From: a bacterium
GTDB taxonomy: Bacteria > Zhuqueibacterota > Zhuqueibacteria > Zhuqueibacterales > Zhuqueibacteraceae
Length of the DNA: 32,081 bases
Direction: 5' to 3'
NCBI GenBank assembly: GCA_044869275.1
Contig: JBIOXB010000180.1
Coordinates: 1 to 32,081, forward strand
Shown here: in pieces, positions 28,340 to 32,081 of the stretch
Layout: each line of letters starts with the position of its first letter
How positions within the stretch are numbered: the stretch's first letter is position 1
Notes under the pieces: generated by a model
What the model was told of the DNA's origin: nothing
Databases searched by the model: none
What the model saw: only the letters and a program-made list of their open reading frames with translations
Made by a program: the position numbers and the translations under genes

Positions 28340-30520
28340 TCACTTCCCCCTCATCTCGAATACCCCGTCCCAGGTTGCCGGGCGCGGCGATTGCATGAAC
28401 ACTTCGCAGCGCCGCAGAAACTCGGTGGCCGGCCCGTCATCCTGTTTCAATTGCAGCACGCGCCGAAACTCGAAGATCGCACGTTTCCAGTTTTGCAGCC
28501 GATAATGCTCCAGGCCCCGCGCGAAATGGGAGAAGACCGCGGCATATTGATGATCGATGCCGCGATCACGCCGCGCCAGCAATTCGAACACGCGCACCGG
28601 CTTGGTTTTTCCCTTGACGCGAATATAATCCAGTTCGCGCACGATGATTTTCTCCTTGGCCAGCTCGTGAGTTTCCTCGCTGACGATGATGCTGGTGCCA
28701 TACATCTTATTGACGCCCTCCAGGCGCGCGGCCAGGTTGACCGAGTCGCCGATGACGGTATAATCGAAGCGATGCTTGCCGCCGATATTGCCGGCGATCA
28801 TGTTGCCGGAATTGATGCCGATGCGCGCCTGCAGCAGCGGGCGGTTTTCGGCCTGCCAATTCCGGCGCAATTCACGCAGTTTCTCCTGCATTTCCAGCGC
28901 GGCAAAACACGCACGCTCGGCGTGATCTTCTTCTTCGATGGGCACGCCGTAGGCCGCCATGATCGCGTCCCCGTCGTATTTGTCCAAATAGCCGCCGTAC
29001 TTCAGCACGATGTCCGTCATCGCGGAAAGATACTCATTCAATTGTTGGAGCATCTCTTCCGGACTGAGCCTTTCCGAAATCGAGGTGAAGTCTTTGAGAT
29101 CGGAAAAAAATGTGGTCGCATACTTGCGCTCGCCGCCGAGCCTGAGCTTGGCGGGATTGCGCAGCATTTCCTGCACCAGATTGTCGGACAGGTAACTGCC
29201 GAACATGCCATAAAAAAAGTTCTTTTGGCGCTCTTCGCTGCGGTAACGGTAGATCATGCCGATCAGCAGCGCGAGCGCCATGCCCAGCAACGGCTCGACC
29301 AGGGTCATGAGCAGGTTGCGTTGCGTGAACGACCAAAACGTGAGCGCGCTGTATCCGGCGCCGCCCACCAGGGTCAACAAAATGCTGGCCCACGGGCTGA
29401 GCAACACCGCCACCACGCCGATCAATATCGCCACCACGAGCAGAATGATCAGAGCGGAGGTCTGAGGCAATTCCCACAAAAAGTCTTGCCGCAGAATGCT
29501 GTAGATCAAATTCGCGTGAATCTCGACGCCGGGAAAATCGTTTTGGAATGGCACCACGCGCAAGTCGTACAAGCCCGGCACCGAGGTTCCGATCAATACG
29601 ATTTTGTCTCTGAAAAAGCCCGCCGCGACGCGCTTTTCGAAAACATCGTAATAAGAAACGTAACGAAAAGTTTGAAACCCACCCTGGTAATTGACCGGTA
29701 CGAGGCTGCGCTCGTCCATCGGGATAAACAAAGCGGGCGTGCCATTCGCTGCACGGCCAAGCTGTGCTTCGTACTGGGGTGTGAGGCGCACTTCCGTGGT
29801 CGCGACCTGCTGACGTTGCATCACCACGGCGAGCGCGAGCGAAGGGTAAGTCTGGCCGCCGAAATTCAACAACAGGGGAAAGCGGCGAATGGTGTCGTCG
29901 TTATCGGCTGGGAAGTTGACGAAGCCGAGCCCCGCACTCTGGTTGTAGAGCTGGAACAGTTTTCCCGGAAAATAATCCAGGGCGGGAAAACGGGCAGAAA
30001 GCCTGGCGGGAAAATGGAAGGTATAGCGCTGCGCTTGAAACTCCGGCGGTGGCGAAGACATGGAGGGTAAAAAAATCTCGGGATTCGAGCGGGAGAAAGC
30101 CAGCGCGTTGACGACATTGCCAGCGCGCTGCACACTCTCCAGCAAAACTTGATCGAGGTAGGGATCGGCGCCGCGGTCCATGAACAAGATGTCGAAAGCG
30201 ATCACCGCCGCTCCGTCGGCGTGCAGATAATCAATAACGGCGGCGTGATGGCTGCGCGGCCATTGCGCATAGCTGCCCAATTTCTCCAGACTGCGTTGAT
30301 CAACGTCAACGATCACGATGTCTTCGATGGGCGCGTTGCGGCGCTGCGCGCCGGCATACGCGATCTTTGCCAGATAACGGCTGTCCAGGGTTTCCGCTTC
30401 AATTCGCGCAAACAAATCCGATCGAAAGACACGCGTGACGAACAATACCAGCAAAGCCGCCAGCAAGCCCAGGGCCGCGCCGAGCAGCGTCTTTTTGACT
30501 AATGAGATGGCTAATTCCAC
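28340..30520 (-). CDS. CHASE2-domain class III adenylate cyclase
   Basis: CHASE2 (WPRSHHA, PGVEIHAN), 3 TM, FFSDLKDFT, DKYDGDAIMA, FDYTVIGDSVNLAARLEG; Lys/Asp pair typical of ATP specificity; TPR-like tail. Confidence 0.95.
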   Translation of the reverse strand: MELAISLVKKTLLGAALGLLAALLVLFVTRVFRSDLFARIEAETLDSRYLAKIAYAGAQRRNAPIEDIVIVDVDQRSLEKLGSYAQWPRSHHAAVIDYLHADGAAVIAFDILFMDRGADPYLDQVLLESVQRAGNVVNALAFSRSNPEIFLPSMSSPPPEFQAQRYTFHFPARLSARFPALDYFPGKLFQLYNQSAGLGFVNFPADNDDTIRRFPLLLNFGGQTYPSLALAVVMQRQQVATTEVRLTPQYEAQLGRAANGTPALFIPMDERSLVPVNYQGGFQTFRYVSYYDVFEKRVAAGFFRDKIVLIGTSVPGLYDLRVVPFQNDFPGVEIHANLIYSILRQDFLWELPQTSALIILLVVAILIGVVAVLLSPWASILLTLVGGAGYSALTFWSFTQRNLLMTLVEPLLGMALALLIGMIYRYRSEERQKNFFYGMFGSYLSDNLVQEMLRNPAKLRLGGERKYATTFFSDLKDFTSISERLSPEEMLQQLNEYLSAMTDIVLKYGGYLDKYDGDAIMAAYGVPIEEEDHAERACFAALEMQEKLRELRRNWQAENRPLLQARIGINSGNMIAGNIGGKHRFDYTVIGDSVNLAARLEGVNKMYGTSIIVSEETHELAKEKIIVRELDYIRVKGKTKPVRVFELLARRDRGIDHQYAAVFSHFARGLEHYRLQNWKRAIFEFRRVLQLKQDDGPATEFLRRCEVFMQSPRPATWDGVFEMRGK

Positions 30521-31368
30521 TTTTCAAACTCACCGGTGAAAACACGTTTGACCTGGCCTGCCAACAGCAGGCGTTTGGAGTGTGCTTCCCGGCTCACCAC
30601 CAACTCCCCGCCACGCGTCAAAAGACGAATGGGAAAATTCACGCCATGAACCCGATGCGCCAGCAGCGCCGAAGCCACCGCGCCGGTGCCGCACGCCAAC
30701 GTTTCTTCTTCGACGCCCCGTTCGTAGGTTCGGATTTTCAAGCAAGATTCGCCGCTGATTTCCACAAAATTCGCGTTGGTACCGGCAGGCATAAATGCCG
30801 GATGATGTCGCAACGCCCGGCCGAGGCTTTCAACGTCAATTTGCTCCACGGCCTCGGCGAATAACACCACATGCGGCACGCCGGTGTTGACGTATCCGCC
30901 TTCCGTTATCCGGGTGGACGCCGGAACCGTGAGCGTGTGCAAAACCTCCACCTGCAGGCGCAGATCACGCGGTTCTTGCATGCGCAGGGTGACGCGATCG
31001 CGTGAGACTTCCGCTTGATAAACGTCGCCGCTCACCTCGAATTGCATGCGGGTTTCGGCCAGACCATGCGTTGCGGCATGGTACGCCGAGGCGCGCGCGC
31101 CATTGCCGCACATTTCCGATTCGCAGCCGTCGCGATTGAAGTAGCGCATGGTGAAATCGCAATCCGCGCGGCGCGGCGCTTCGATCAGCAGCATCCCGTC
31201 CGCACCCACACCGGTCTTGCGCGCGCACAAGTCAAAAAACAGATTCGTTTCGCCGCCGGTAAATTGCCGCGCGCGGTTATCGATCAGAATGAAATCGTTG
31301 CCGGTGGCGGTATATTTGATGAAGGGTATTTTTTCGGGCACGTAGCGCAGCTCGATTCGAATAGGCAT
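30511..31368 (-). CDS. dapF: Diaminopimelate epimerase
   Basis: GNDF, GVGADG, MCGNG, NTGVPH, GTNANF and YERGVEEETLACGTG. Confidence 0.97.
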   Translation of the reverse strand: MPIRIELRYVPEKIPFIKYTATGNDFILIDNRARQFTGGETNLFFDLCARKTGVGADGMLLIEAPRRADCDFTMRYFNRDGCESEMCGNGARASAYHAATHGLAETRMQFEVSGDVYQAEVSRDRVTLRMQEPRDLRLQVEVLHTLTVPASTRITEGGYVNTGVPHVVLFAEAVEQIDVESLGRALRHHPAFMPAGTNANFVEISGESCLKIRTYERGVEEETLACGTGAVASALLAHRVHGVNFPIRLLTRGGELVVSREAHSKRLLLAGQVKRVFTGEFEKWN

Positions 31369-31404
31369 TCAACACGCTGATCGCAGCAGACAACCTTATA
31401 AGAA

Positions 31405-31433
31405 AATATAAAAAAGGATGGGAAGAAAGTCAA
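31405..31433 (-). promoter_or_regulatory. Sigma70-type promoter of dapF
   Basis: Minus strand TTGACT-N17-TATATT, about 36 nt above the ATG. Confidence 0.7.
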
Positions 31434-31527
31434 AAGCTTTGGCGAGGCAGCGGCACCCACGGTTTGCGAGGGAGGTCGCGCAAGCCGCCGGTATGGAGCC
31501 CAGGGGCCTGCGCCAGATTTTCGACAA

Positions 31528-31974
31528 TTACTCCTGCGGCACCGGCCGGATCACCTCGTCCCAGTGTCGCTCGGTGAGCTCCCAGCGGCGATTCTCTTCT
31601 TTATCGAAGGAATCCTTATCAGGATAGACCCGCTTTTTGACTTCGTCTTCACGTTTGCTCATCTCGTCCAAAGCCGCCCAGTTTTTCATGCGCATGACCA
31701 CTTGATAATCCCAGGCCGGGTCGCTCTGATGAAAAGCGATTTCGTACAGCTCGACGGATTGGATCAGACCCGCCTTCTGGTGGTCCAACAAAATAGGCAA
31801 ATGATTTTTCTTGTACAGCACCAGCCATTCCGCCTTGCAGCCGCCCTTGATTTTGTAAAAGCTGACTTCCACGACCTCACGGGGTTGCGCTAGTGCGGGA
31901 GCAACCATGCCAAGCATCAAGATAAAACCCAGCGCGATCCTTCCCGACGAAGACGAATTCCTTTGCTTTCGCAT
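31528..31974 (-). CDS. Secreted hypothetical protein (possibly NIPSNAP-like alpha/beta barrel)
   Basis: AGGAG RBS before ATG 31974; signal peptide ending ALA-Q; FYKIK...WLVLYKKNHLP...WDY pattern. Confidence 0.75.
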   Translation of the reverse strand: MRKQRNSSSSGRIALGFILMLGMVAPALAQPREVVEVSFYKIKGGCKAEWLVLYKKNHLPILLDHQKAGLIQSVELYEIAFHQSDPAWDYQVVMRMKNWAALDEMSKREDEVKKRVYPDKDSFDKEENRRWELTERHWDEVIRPVPQE

Positions 31975-32028
31975 AACCCATCTCCTCATTTTATAATAGA
32001 GTCCCTATCTAGCTCATGAAAGAGATGT

Positions 32029-32055
32029 AAACGGATTAAGCGGATTGAAGGGATT
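32029..32055. repeat. One arm of a CGGAT 9-nt periodic repeat
   Basis: aaacggattaagcggattgaagggatt, same style as 3231-3263; the partner arm would lie outside the window. Confidence 0.45.
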
Positions 32056-32081
32056 GTGATTCTGAAAAAAAACAGGTTTTT

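Noticed and set aside
28110..28505. Short ORFs with RSTIHDP-like repeats
   Set aside because: These are translations of the heptamer arrays, not credible proteins.
28391..30070. 559-aa antisense ORF (similar ones at 19438-20919, 12910-14154, 15303-16358)
   Set aside because: Each lies opposite a well-supported gene in GC-rich DNA and has no domain features.

Overview
A GC-rich bacterial chromosomal window with about 23 intact protein genes and no rRNA, tRNA, CRISPR array or transposase. Gene style suggests an FCB-related lineage such as KSB1 (inference only). In order: aldo/keto reductase, moaB, a MITE-interrupted DUF4397-like pseudogene, and a cluster of AraC, secreted metal-knuckle DJ-1/PfpI, LytS/LytTR, a small CxxCH protein and a metal-knuckle PQQ-like propeller. 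Then comEC, a small orphan behind a sigma54-like promoter, an M61 peptidase, and a chorismate mutase-DAHP synthase operon. Then an ECF ATPase, a partner-switching operon (atypical enhancer-binding protein, Cache-HAMP-SpoIIE-RsbW fusion, STAS, GNAT), an M64 peptidase, and a minus-strand run of dapF, CHASE2 cyclase, kinase, NtrC-type regulator and GT9. Best findings: (1) a complete leader-peptide attenuator whose control codons cover Phe, Tyr and Trp together; (2) the metal-knuckle cluster; (3) the partner-switch operon; (4) many intergenic palindromic repeats, including three MITE-like shells wrapped around REP-like hairpins, one of which interrupts a gene. All calls come from reading motifs by eye; no database searches were run.
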